64,000 nucleotides of DNA from the NCBI GenBank assembly GCA_002310995.1, contig DBYV01000042.1, forward strand, positions 17,683 to 81,682. The letters are read 5' to 3'. Shown here piece by piece: positions 1 through 8,518 of this stretch. The translations under genes were made by a program, and so were the position numbers. Each line of letters begins with the position of its first letter. The stretch's first letter is position 1. The notes below the pieces were generated by a model. The model saw only the letters and a program-made list of their open reading frames with translations. It made no database searches and was not told where the DNA came from. Source of the stretch: a bacterium UBP6_UBA1177 (GTDB taxonomy: Bacteria > UBP6 > UBA1177).

Positions 1-1
1 A

Positions 2-1303
2 CACAAAGTCGCTGACGAAATTTCCGAAAAAGGAATCCAGGTTTGGCACGACAAAACCGCTGCGGAATTCTTGCCGGCAGGTTTCAAATGCCCGAAATGC
101 GGCGGCACGCACATCAGCAAGGAAAACGATATTCTCGATGTATGGTTCGACAGCGGCGTAAGCTGGGCGAAAGTGCTTGACGGCAGAAAAGGCTTTACTT
201 TCCCGGCAGACCTTTACCTCGAAGGAAGCGATCAGCACCGCGGATGGTTCCAGTCCTCGCTTAAAATGAGCGTTCTCATCAACGGAAAAGCTCCCTACAA
301 AAACCTCATCACGCACGGATTCATCGTTGACGAGAAAGGCGAAAAGATCTCGAAGAGCAAAGGCAACTTCATCGATCCGCAGGTAAAGATTAACAAATAC
401 GGCGCGGAAATTCTCAGACTCTGGGTCGCTTGCGAAGACTACAGCGACGACAACAGGATCGGCGATTCGATCATCGAAAGCTGCGCTACGGCATACAGAA
501 AGATCAGAAACACGATCAGATTCATGTTCGGTTTCGTCAACGATTTCGACCCTGAGACTATGAGTTTCAAGAAGGAAGAGCTCACATCTCTCGACAGATG
601 GGCTTATCTTACCTGGCAGGAAAGACTTAAAGACATCCGCGAATACTACGAAAACTACGAGTTCCACCGCGTCCACCACGAAATGCTCGACTTCTTCACG
701 ATCCCGATGAGCGCGGTTTACCTCGACATCATCAAAGACCGTTATACGATGCGCGCCGACGATAAGAGACGCAGAATGACGCAGAGCGTCGTTTACTCGA
801 TTCTGAGCGATGTCGTCAAGGCTCTTGCTCCGATCCTCAGCTTCACATGCGAAGAGGCTTACGGATATTTGAAAGGTGCAAAGAAGGAAAGCGTTTTCCT
901 TGAGCAGTTCCCGGAATCAAATTTCAACGACGATGACGCGAAATTCCTTGAATCGTGGCAGACTGTCCTTGATGCGAAGAATGCTGTTCAGAAAAAGCTC
1001 GAAGTTCTCAGAGCTGACAAGACAATAGGCCATTCGCTTGATGCAAGTGTCCAGATTTACTACGAAAACAATCATATTCTCGATAGCGAACTCGACAACC
1101 TTGAATCGATCTTCATAGTTTCCGAGTTCAAGAAAGCGGCTTCTGCGGAAGGACTTGAGAAAGTCGAAGATATGGATCTCTGGATCGGCGTAAAAACGGC
1201 TGAAGGCGAGAAGTGCCCGCGCTGCTGGAAAAAGAGAAAACTTCACGACTATACCGACGAGATCACCGGAATCTGCGAAAGCTGCTACGAAGCTGTCAAA
1301 TAG
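2..1303 (+). CDS. ileS: isoleucyl-tRNA synthetase, C-terminal portion (5' end lies outside window)
   Basis: Reading frame is open from the window edge (frame 2). KCPKCGG...DVWFDSG region and terminal zinc-finger CPRCW...CESC are typical of the IleRS C-terminus. Confidence 0.85.
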   Translation, partial: HKVADEISEKGIQVWHDKTAAEFLPAGFKCPKCGGTHISKENDILDVWFDSGVSWAKVLDGRKGFTFPADLYLEGSDQHRGWFQSSLKMSVLINGKAPYKNLITHGFIVDEKGEKISKSKGNFIDPQVKINKYGAEILRLWVACEDYSDDNRIGDSIIESCATAYRKIRNTIRFMFGFVNDFDPETMSFKKEELTSLDRWAYLTWQERLKDIREYYENYEFHRVHHEMLDFFTIPMSAVYLDIIKDRYTMRADDKRRRMTQSVVYSILSDVVKALAPILSFTCEEAYGYLKGAKKESVFLEQFPESNFNDDDAKFLESWQTVLDAKNAVQKKLEVLRADKTIGHSLDASVQIYYENNHILDSELDNLESIFIVSEFKKAASAEGLEKVEDMDLWIGVKTAEGEKCPRCWKKRKLHDYTDEITGICESCYEAVK

Positions 1304-1393
1304 TTTTTTTTTGATTTCTTTGATAAAATACCTTTAAAAAAATATTATAATGAGTAAAATATCGAGATTGTGTTTTTTGTTTTGGAGGTGATT

Positions 1394-3301
1394 ATGAAAA
1401 AATTACTTGTTTTTCTGCTCTGTTCGATTGCAGGGTTGTTTTTTGTTTCTTGCGGAGGTTCAGATGATTCTTCCGGCAGTGAAGTGTGTGAAAGCAACCT
1501 GGATTGCCATGTAGGTGAGGTATGTTCTGCCGGGCATTGTGTTTCGGAAAATTCTTCAGGCGGTGAAGGCGGTGAAGGCGGCGAGTTGCCGGACGGCGGA
1601 CATGGTGGTTCCGATGGAGGAAATTCAGAAACAACGGATGACAGCGATTCAGCTGAAACAAATGATCCGGTTGGCGGCGACTGTACACCAGGAGAAACCA
1701 CAAAATGTGCATATCAGGGAGATCCAGTAACTGAAAATGTCGGGCCGTGCAAAGCTGCTGTAAGCACTTGTAAGGAAGACGGAACCTGGGGAAAATGCGA
1801 AGGCGCAGTTGAACCTGTTAATGAGACTGGAGAAGAACTTTGCAAAAACAATATCGATGATGACTGTGACGGAAATATCGATAATAAAAAAGGAAGCTGC
1901 ATTCTTTTCTGGGATGACGGGGATACGGGTGATACCACTGATACTGGTGATAGCGGTATTGATGTAGGTTACACAGGAGACTACGATGATGCTTATCAGA
2001 TTCCGGTTGATGCTGAGGTATGCAATGACACTTGTGTTCCAATGCATGCTGAATGCTTGTCCGCTGATATAGACGAAAACGAAGCTGGTCTTTGCAACGG
2101 TCTTGACGATGACTGTGACGGTACAGTCGATGAAGGCTGTCCGTGTACAGCTGGTCAGACTCAGCCTTGTTTCCTTGGTCCGAAAAATTACAGAAATGTC
2201 GGAACCTGCCAGGATGGTGTTCAGACATGTAAAGTTACCATGAGAGCCGGTTCTACAGGTGTGTGGGGAGAATGTGTAGGCGGAATCAGCCCGTCGCTTG
2301 ATAAGTGCGATAATGCCGACAACAACTGCAACGGATGTAAAGACGACAAACTCTGCTGTGCTCCGCCTATTGACTGTGCATTCGATGTCAACGCAGTTCC
2401 CGCAAAGCCTTTTGTTTATAAAATAATCGACGGCAATCAAATTTACGATACGGGCCACAAGTTCAACGACGCCGATACGGCTACTTGGGAGTGGACTTTG
2501 ACAAAAGGTCCGTGCGACATAGTTCTCAATACAGTAAACTCTTTTGTCAAAGGCGGCAAAACTTTGGAAGAAGTCGGGGATATAAATACCGATAACGGTG
2601 TTCAGAATACAGTCGTCAGCGGAGTAGGTTTTTCTAAGTTTAAAGTAAAATTCAGACTTTCCGGCAGCTACAAACTTCACCTCAAAGTCACTCGTACAAA
2701 CGGCGAAGTTTATGAATGTGAATGGGTAATGAGAGTTGTTTCGGATGGTCTCAGAATTGAGCTTTGCTGGGATACTACAGGTTCAGTCGATGTAGACTTG
2801 CATTTGGGCAAAAACGGAACTACGTCAGAATGGGCAACAAACAGCGGTCTTGCCTGCTATTTCGGTAACTGTAAATTCGATGCTTCTTCTGGACCGAACT
2901 GGGGATACGCAAATACTCAGAACTATGATAGAAACGGAAATTTGAGAACCATGAGAAATCCGCGTCTTGATATTGACAACATAAGTAAAGTAGGTATTCC
3001 TGAAAACATCAATGTCGACAATCCGAATGACAACGATGTTTTCAGAGTAGGCGTAAAATATTATTCAGGTTCAAAAGTAACTCACCCGGTAATAAATGTT
3101 TACTGTGGCGGAACTTTGAGAGCTACTTACGGTGTAGAACCACAGGTTTCTGGTTTTACCAGCAGTCCATATTTCTGGAAAGTTGTACAAATCAAGTGGG
3201 TCGGCAATTACGCAAGTGACCAGTGCGAACTTACACCTCAATGGAATGACGGTACAGGTTACGTTGTAAGCAGTTCAGTTCCAAGTAGTTATGGTTGGTA
3301 A
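1394..3301 (+). CDS. Cys-rich secreted lipoprotein with repeated C-x(3-6)-DDDCDG-x-(I/V)D motifs (putative metal/Ca-binding MopE-like repeats)
   Basis: GGAGGTG RBS 8 nt upstream of ATG at 1394. Signal peptide plus lipobox LFFVSCGG. Three copies of the ...DDDCDG... motif and many paired Cys. Terminator hairpin downstream. Confidence 0.7.
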   Translation: MKKLLVFLLCSIAGLFFVSCGGSDDSSGSEVCESNLDCHVGEVCSAGHCVSENSSGGEGGEGGELPDGGHGGSDGGNSETTDDSDSAETNDPVGGDCTPGETTKCAYQGDPVTENVGPCKAAVSTCKEDGTWGKCEGAVEPVNETGEELCKNNIDDDCDGNIDNKKGSCILFWDDGDTGDTTDTGDSGIDVGYTGDYDDAYQIPVDAEVCNDTCVPMHAECLSADIDENEAGLCNGLDDDCDGTVDEGCPCTAGQTQPCFLGPKNYRNVGTCQDGVQTCKVTMRAGSTGVWGECVGGISPSLDKCDNADNNCNGCKDDKLCCAPPIDCAFDVNAVPAKPFVYKIIDGNQIYDTGHKFNDADTATWEWTLTKGPCDIVLNTVNSFVKGGKTLEEVGDINTDNGVQNTVVSGVGFSKFKVKFRLSGSYKLHLKVTRTNGEVYECEWVMRVVSDGLRIELCWDTTGSVDVDLHLGKNGTTSEWATNSGLACYFGNCKFDASSGPNWGYANTQNYDRNGNLRTMRNPRLDIDNISKVGIPENINVDNPNDNDVFRVGVKYYSGSKVTHPVINVYCGGTLRATYGVEPQVSGFTSSPYFWKVVQIKWVGNYASDQCELTPQWNDGTGYVVSSSVPSSYGW

Positions 3302-3349
3302 AACAATCCAATAAATCAAATCCAATCTTTAAAATCCTGAAAATTTTGA

Positions 3350-3383
3350 TGCCGCCGTTATTTGAAACGGCGGCATTTTTTTA
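3350..3383 (+). terminator. rho-independent terminator (TGCCGCCGTT-atttga-AACGGCGGCA followed by T7)
   Basis: Perfect 10-bp stem followed by TTTTTTT directly after the stop of the 1394..3301 gene. Confidence 0.8.
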
Positions 3384-3385
3384 TC

Positions 3386-3460
3386 GTTATAACGATTCGC
3401 GCCGTCCAATTTAATCGTTGACACATTCTATACGTAACGGCGTTACATCGTCACGTCGTT
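3386..3460. repeat. intergenic palindromic CG-dinucleotide-rich short repeat (ATCGTTATAACGAT, CGTAACGGCGTTAC, CGTCACGTCGTTACGA); member of a dispersed family
   Basis: Perfect 14-bp palindrome ATCGTTATAACGAT. Shares the CGTCACGTCGT / CGTAACG words with 36060..36400 and 37935..37995. Confidence 0.6.
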
Positions 3461-3490
3461 ACGATAAGATTGAGATTATTGGGATTGGGA

Positions 3491-6034
3491 TTAATCGACT
3501 GTTATTGATTTGCTGACGTTTTTCGGAACGTCGGGGTGAACACCGTGGTTCTGGATTTCCGAGCGGTTAAGATATTTCATTTTGGCAACGCTCATCTTGA
3601 GTGCGAGAAGCTGAAGAACAACAGCCGCTTCGAAGACGAAAATGTTCTTGTCGCCAGTTCTGGGAAGTTCGATGAATTTTGACCAGTAGTTCTTTGCGCT
3701 TGCAGGAACTCCGAGAGCCGCATTTTTAAGGTCTTCGTCATCTTCAGCAATGAGAACGATGTCTGCGCCGCGGATTTTGTGAGTGTGAATCTGCGAAATT
3801 GTGATTCGTTTGTCTCTTTCGTCAGGCGGGCAGACGAAAACAAGCGGATAGTTCGAGAAGAATTCCTCAATGTCAACACTTTCGTTGAAGAGGTCGGCAA
3901 TCTGTTTTGTGAGGGCGCGTTCTTCAGGCGATGCAAACGATTTTTCGACAAAATCTTCGTTCATTTTGCGGAATTTCAAGTTCTTTGTCATGTTGATTAC
4001 GTCGCGGATGATTTCCGAATTTCCCTCTTTTTCGGAGAAGAAGCCTTTTGAGAACATTTTTTCGCTCATTTCGATCATTTTGCCTAAAAGCTTTTCCATG
4101 TCAGTGAGGGAATAAATTGTGTTTTTGCCCAGAATTGTGTTCGGACCGTGCTTAAATTCCGCTGCATCGTAACCTTCAGTGTGGTTGAGAACGACTTCTC
4201 TGATTTTAAGCGCACCTTCCTTTGCAATTCCGGTGAGCGAAGTTCCGAGAATGTGGATCGAAGGCCGCATGAAAAGTTTGTATGCGACATCTGCCACCGG
4301 AACGTCTATGTTTTTGAGCGTAAAATCCATAAAGTATTTGATTTTACTGAGATTATTCATGACTTTTTCTTCGCTGTTCTTAACGAGCGCAGCAAGGATG
4401 TAGAAAAGGGCGATCTGGCTTATGAACGATTTTGTTGCAGCGACGGCGATTTCGGAACCGCACATGATCGGAAGGTAGAAATCGCTTTTTTCCTGAGGAA
4501 GAGTCGAGTTCTCGTTGTTGACGATCGTGATGAGCGTTGTCTTGTCACTCATTTTTCTGATTTCATTGAAAATATCGACCAGGTCTTTTGTTTCACCGCT
4601 CTGGCTGACGCCGATGATGACATCTTTGTCGGAAAGCGAGTTGATGTAGCACGACCTGAAAGTTCCCGGATTCGATGTAATGAGCGAAATGTCTGTCATA
4701 TTGTTGAAGAAGTATGCGCCCGTAAGGGAAGCATGGTATGAAGTTCCGCTTGCAATGAGGAAAATTCTTCCGCCGTTTTTCTTCGTCGCTTTGAGAGCCG
4801 AAACGAGTTTGTCGCGGAATTTTATTATCATTCTTTTCTTTTTCCAGATAAGCATCGAATCGATGAGCCAGAGCTCTTTGAAGAATGCGCCGTCAGCAGA
4901 GTAAAGCTCTTCAAGAAGCGTTTTTTCCTCAGAGCGGAAGCTGAAGTGGCGGGGATTCGGTGCAAAACCGAGTGCTTTTTCGCAGATTGCGCGGAAAGTC
5001 GGAAGTGCTCTGATTTTTTCAAATTCGGCCGAAAGCTCTTTTTTGTCGTAAAGATCGTAGAGGGCGAGGAGAGAGTAGAGGATCTCGCGCGCCGAGTCGC
5101 AGTTTTCTTCAAAAACGGAGTAAAGCTCTTTTTCTTCTTTGGAATTGAAATAGTAAAGCATCAGATTTTCGATGTTTTTCGGTGAAGAGTAGATCTCCTG
5201 CTCCATGAAGAAGTGATACTTCGGCTGAAGCTGGATGTCGGCGATGTTGAGTCTGCTTCTTGTGAGTTTCGGAACCCATTCCTTGTCCTCGGTGAGAGAG
5301 AAAAGTTTGTAGTTTTCGCTGTCGAAATAGATTCCTTCGCCTTCCGACATCGGAATGAGGAACCTTGTTTTCGAAAGGATCGAAGTAAGGTCGCTCGAAA
5401 CGACGATGAAGTTGCCGGAAGCATCCGAACCTTTGCCCGCATAGAGCGATGATCCCGCTTTAATTGCGAAAACACCTGGAAGTTCGGGAAGGGTGACGCA
5501 CGCCGCATAGCTTCCTTCGATCATTTTCTGTGCCTTTCTTATTGCTTTGATCATAAGGGCGATCTTTTCGTCGTTTGTTTTCGGAGCTTTTTTTGCAGTG
5601 AGCGCCGAATAGAAATGTTCAACAAGGTGTACGACCATTTCGCCGTCGTTGTCGGAAAGGACATCGTGACCGTTTTCGGAAAGGAAAACTTTGAGTTTGT
5701 CGGTGTTGCTGACATTTCCGTTGTGCGCTCCGACCATGTGGATAAGGCAGTTTACCTCGTGAGGCTGAGCGTTTACGTCGGTAACTGCGCCGTAAGTCGC
5801 CCAGCGTACCTGACCTATGAATTTGAATCCGCCGTATTTGGCAAGTTCAAGCTGCTCGACGACTTTCGAAGGTGCGCCGACTTTTTTTCTGAGAGCGACC
5901 GAGCCGTCCTCTTTTATAAATGCCGCGCCGGTCGAATCATAACCGCGGTATTCAAGTTTTTTCAGCAGATTGGATGCTTCGGTTCCAAGACTGACGATGT
6001 CGCCAGCATAGACGATTGAAACTACTCCGCACAT
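3491..6034 (-). CDS. glmS: glutamine--fructose-6-phosphate aminotransferase-like (class II GATase + 2 SIS domains), 847 aa with two large insertions
   Basis: N-terminal MCGVV (Cys1 nucleophile), FMEQEI linker motif, two SIS signatures (ASGTSYHASL; CGSEIAVAATKSF), C-terminal ...KSITVD like GlmS ...KSVTVE. About 240 aa longer than canonical 609-aa GlmS. Confidence 0.75.
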   Translation of the reverse strand: MCGVVSIVYAGDIVSLGTEASNLLKKLEYRGYDSTGAAFIKEDGSVALRKKVGAPSKVVEQLELAKYGGFKFIGQVRWATYGAVTDVNAQPHEVNCLIHMVGAHNGNVSNTDKLKVFLSENGHDVLSDNDGEMVVHLVEHFYSALTAKKAPKTNDEKIALMIKAIRKAQKMIEGSYAACVTLPELPGVFAIKAGSSLYAGKGSDASGNFIVVSSDLTSILSKTRFLIPMSEGEGIYFDSENYKLFSLTEDKEWVPKLTRSRLNIADIQLQPKYHFFMEQEIYSSPKNIENLMLYYFNSKEEKELYSVFEENCDSAREILYSLLALYDLYDKKELSAEFEKIRALPTFRAICEKALGFAPNPRHFSFRSEEKTLLEELYSADGAFFKELWLIDSMLIWKKKRMIIKFRDKLVSALKATKKNGGRIFLIASGTSYHASLTGAYFFNNMTDISLITSNPGTFRSCYINSLSDKDVIIGVSQSGETKDLVDIFNEIRKMSDKTTLITIVNNENSTLPQEKSDFYLPIMCGSEIAVAATKSFISQIALFYILAALVKNSEEKVMNNLSKIKYFMDFTLKNIDVPVADVAYKLFMRPSIHILGTSLTGIAKEGALKIREVVLNHTEGYDAAEFKHGPNTILGKNTIYSLTDMEKLLGKMIEMSEKMFSKGFFSEKEGNSEIIRDVINMTKNLKFRKMNEDFVEKSFASPEERALTKQIADLFNESVDIEEFFSNYPLVFVCPPDERDKRITISQIHTHKIRGADIVLIAEDDEDLKNAALGVPASAKNYWSKFIELPRTGDKNIFVFEAAVVLQLLALKMSVAKMKYLNRSEIQNHGVHPDVPKNVSKSITVD

Positions 6035-6181
6035 AAAAATTTCTCCTAAAATTATCGAAAATAAAAAAACAAATCAGAATTCCGTTCAAAACGAAATGCA
6101 ACCGGAGAATTTTGCAGATTTTTTGATTTTTTGCAATTTTTATCTTTTTCTTGATTTACTTTTGACCTCAACAATAATTTA

Positions 6182-6787
6182 TTGATTGATTTTTATTGGC
6201 AGGTTAAGGTGGATTTTTTCATTTTTTCGTTGTTCAGACGTTTCGAGGCTTTTCTGATTTGCGAAACTTCCGGCAGAAGGCGCATAAACACTTTTCTTTT
6301 TTTTGCCCTGATGATTCCCGGACCTTTGAAGTTTCTTTTCATTTTTGCTCTTTCCTCGAGACTTCTTCCTGCAATTGTTTCGGAGAAGAAAATAAGGTTT
6401 TTTCTCTCGCTTCCGTTCTCAAGGACAGAACTCTTTATTTATTCATTTATATTTGGTTTCTCGATTATTTTTTCGGCGACTTCAATCGGATGGGCTCTTT
6501 TTGACCGCGGTAGTTCACCCGAATTTCTGAAATATTTTATTTTTTATGCTTTTTACTTTGGTATAACACTAATATACGCTCTCAAAATAGGTCCTATGAT
6601 GATACTCCCCATGTTACTGCTTCTTTTTGATCTTGTTTCTTCATTTATTGTTCCTGAATTTTTTGCCGTTTCATCGCAGTTCAGTCCGATATATCAGCAG
6701 AATCAGCCGCTTGCACTTGCGGTATCGCTTGCTTTGCTTGCAATTTCTTACGTAATGTTTGTTTTCGGGAGGAGAGAAAAATGGTAA
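6182..6787 (+). CDS. polytopic membrane protein (putative permease partner of the downstream ABC ATPase); start codon uncertain
   Basis: Four to six hydrophobic helices. 3' end overlaps the start of the ATPase gene (ATG at 6781), which suggests translational coupling. Confidence 0.45.
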   Translation: MIDFYWQVKVDFFIFSLFRRFEAFLICETSGRRRINTFLFFALMIPGPLKFLFIFALSSRLLPAIVSEKKIRFFLSLPFSRTELFIYSFIFGFSIIFSATSIGWALFDRGSSPEFLKYFIFYAFYFGITLIYALKIGPMMILPMLLLLFDLVSSFIVPEFFAVSSQFSPIYQQNQPLALAVSLALLAISYVMFVFGRREKW

Positions 6788-7560
6788 TCTCTCTCGAAAA
6801 TGTGACTAAAATATTCGGAAAAGCCAGAGTGATAGACAATGTAAGCGTCGGATTCAATTCCGGAGAGCTTTCTGTTGTTGTCGGCGATCACGGAGCAGGG
6901 AAGAGTTCTTTACTCAGGCTTCTCGCAGGCGAATTAAAACCAGATTCAGGCAAAGTTGTCGTTAAAACAGGTGATTTGAGAGGATTTGCCTATGAAAACA
7001 GCAACTTTTTTCCGGGACTGAAGACCGCTGATCTTTGCACTGTATGGACGCTTCTTTACAGAGGTTTTGATATAAAAAAATTCCGTTCACTACTGTCTGA
7101 AGCTGGAGTTGCTGAAAACAGCAGGATTAGTCACCTTTCAGACAGCATGAAAAGCTGGTTCGGAAGTTCCCTGGTTTTGGCAAGCAATGCGGACATTATG
7201 ATCTTTGATGAACCTTTGCAGTATCTCAATTCAGAAATTAAAGCGAGATTTATCCAACTTGTGGAAAATGAAGCAAAGGAAGGAAAGACGGTTATAGTAA
7301 GCTCAAATGAAATAGCTGATTTCGAACATTCGGCAAACTTTGTAGCGGCGTTTCACAACGGCAGCCTTGTTCTTGCAGGACAAACGGAAAAACTTCTTTC
7401 TTCACACAGGCTTTTCCCTGGAGCTTCGACGATATCACCCGATTTCAAAGTAATAGGCCCTGTTCTTAACGAGAGACTGATAGAAACAGAGGATAATATC
7501 GGAAGAAAAGCTACTTTAAAGGATATTGTTTCAGGTTATATCAACGGAAGCAGTTCTTAG
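6781..7560 (+). CDS. ABC-transporter ATP-binding protein, degenerate (Walker A GDHGAGKSS, Walker B IMIFDEP, signature LSDSMKSW instead of LSGGQ, no H-loop His)
   Basis: Motif order and spacing of an ABC ATPase are present, but the signature and H-loop are non-canonical. Confidence 0.6.
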   Translation: MVISLENVTKIFGKARVIDNVSVGFNSGELSVVVGDHGAGKSSLLRLLAGELKPDSGKVVVKTGDLRGFAYENSNFFPGLKTADLCTVWTLLYRGFDIKKFRSLLSEAGVAENSRISHLSDSMKSWFGSSLVLASNADIMIFDEPLQYLNSEIKARFIQLVENEAKEGKTVIVSSNEIADFEHSANFVAAFHNGSLVLAGQTEKLLSSHRLFPGASTISPDFKVIGPVLNERLIETEDNIGRKATLKDIVSGYINGSSS

Positions 7561-7574
7561 AACTATCGGATTTT

Positions 7575-8321
7575 TTATTTCTTTTCTTCTGTCTTGGGAG
7601 CTTTTTCAAAAGAGAGAAGTTCTACTTCGAAAATAAGTGTTGAGTTGGGGGCGATTGTTTCGCCTGCGCCGTTTTCGCCGTAAGCAAGTTCCGACGGAAT
7701 AAAGAATTTGTATTTAGCGCCTTTCTTCATAAGCTGAACGCCTTCTGTCCAGCCTTTTATAACTCTGTTAAGCGGGAATTTTGCAGGTTCGCCTCTTTTG
7801 TAGGAACTGTCGAATTCGGTTCCGTCGAGAAGTGTACCTCTGTAGTGGACTTCAACAGTGTCTTCAGCAGCAGGGCTTTCGCCTTCGCCTTCTTTTTCAA
7901 CGATATACTGCAAGCCCGATTCAGTTGTTTTTACACCTTCTTTCGTCTTGTTTTCAGCAAGAAATTTTTCACCGGCTTCTTTGTTTGCAGCACCTTTTTT
8001 AGCTCTTTCTTCCATCATTTTTGTAATCATTTCGGTCTGGAATTCCTGAAGAGCATTGCCGATTTCCTCTTCAGTCATTTTGGACTCTGTACCTGTGAAA
8101 GCAGATTTGAAGCCTTCAACAAAAGCTTGGACATCAAACTCAAAATTCTGTCTTTTCAAATTTCTGCCGACATCGCTTCCGAGAGCATAGCCATATTTAA
8201 CATTTTTGTCGGAATCGATTTTTTCTTTGGTTACTGTGTTTCCTTCAGCGTTGCCGCAGTTGCCGCATGCGCAGAAAAACATCGAAACAGCCATAACTAA
8301 GCAACAGATAACCTTTTTCAT
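7575..8321 (-). CDS. fkpA: FKBP-type peptidyl-prolyl cis-trans isomerase lipoprotein (FkpA/FklB-like)
   Basis: Lipobox MFFCACG. C-terminal FKBP domain VEVHYRGTLLDGTEFDSS...FPLNRVIKGWTEG...LIFEVELL. Confidence 0.85.
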   Translation of the reverse strand: MKKVICCLVMAVSMFFCACGNCGNAEGNTVTKEKIDSDKNVKYGYALGSDVGRNLKRQNFEFDVQAFVEGFKSAFTGTESKMTEEEIGNALQEFQTEMITKMMEERAKKGAANKEAGEKFLAENKTKEGVKTTESGLQYIVEKEGEGESPAAEDTVEVHYRGTLLDGTEFDSSYKRGEPAKFPLNRVIKGWTEGVQLMKKGAKYKFFIPSELAYGENGAGETIAPNSTLIFEVELLSFEKAPKTEEKK

Positions 8322-8518
8322 TTTTCCTCCTAAAAAACAAGTTAAAAAAACAAAGCCGGAGATATTATCAAAATCAGTTGCAAAAGCAATATTGTTTTTT
8401 GTGAGATTTTAACCGACTTTTTTATATTTTTTTTGAAAAATAAGTAATATCCTTCCTTGTTTTCGGGGAGCTTAATTGCTCTTTTTTGATAACTGTTTGA
8501 TTTTTTTAGGAGAATTTT

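Noticed and set aside
1649-2680. 343-aa antisense ORF inside the Cys-rich lipoprotein gene (and similar long antisense ORFs 17388-18092, 34773-35450, 54022-54708, 20521-21078)
   Set aside because: They fully overlap well-supported genes on the opposite strand, have no RBS or motifs, and arise from repeat/codon bias. They are most likely non-coding.
6035-6181. Possible glmS ribozyme in the glmS 5' leader
   Set aside because: The leader (minus strand) is AT-rich with TTTTGCA-type repeats and lacks the GC-rich pseudoknotted core and conserved segments of the glmS ribozyme.
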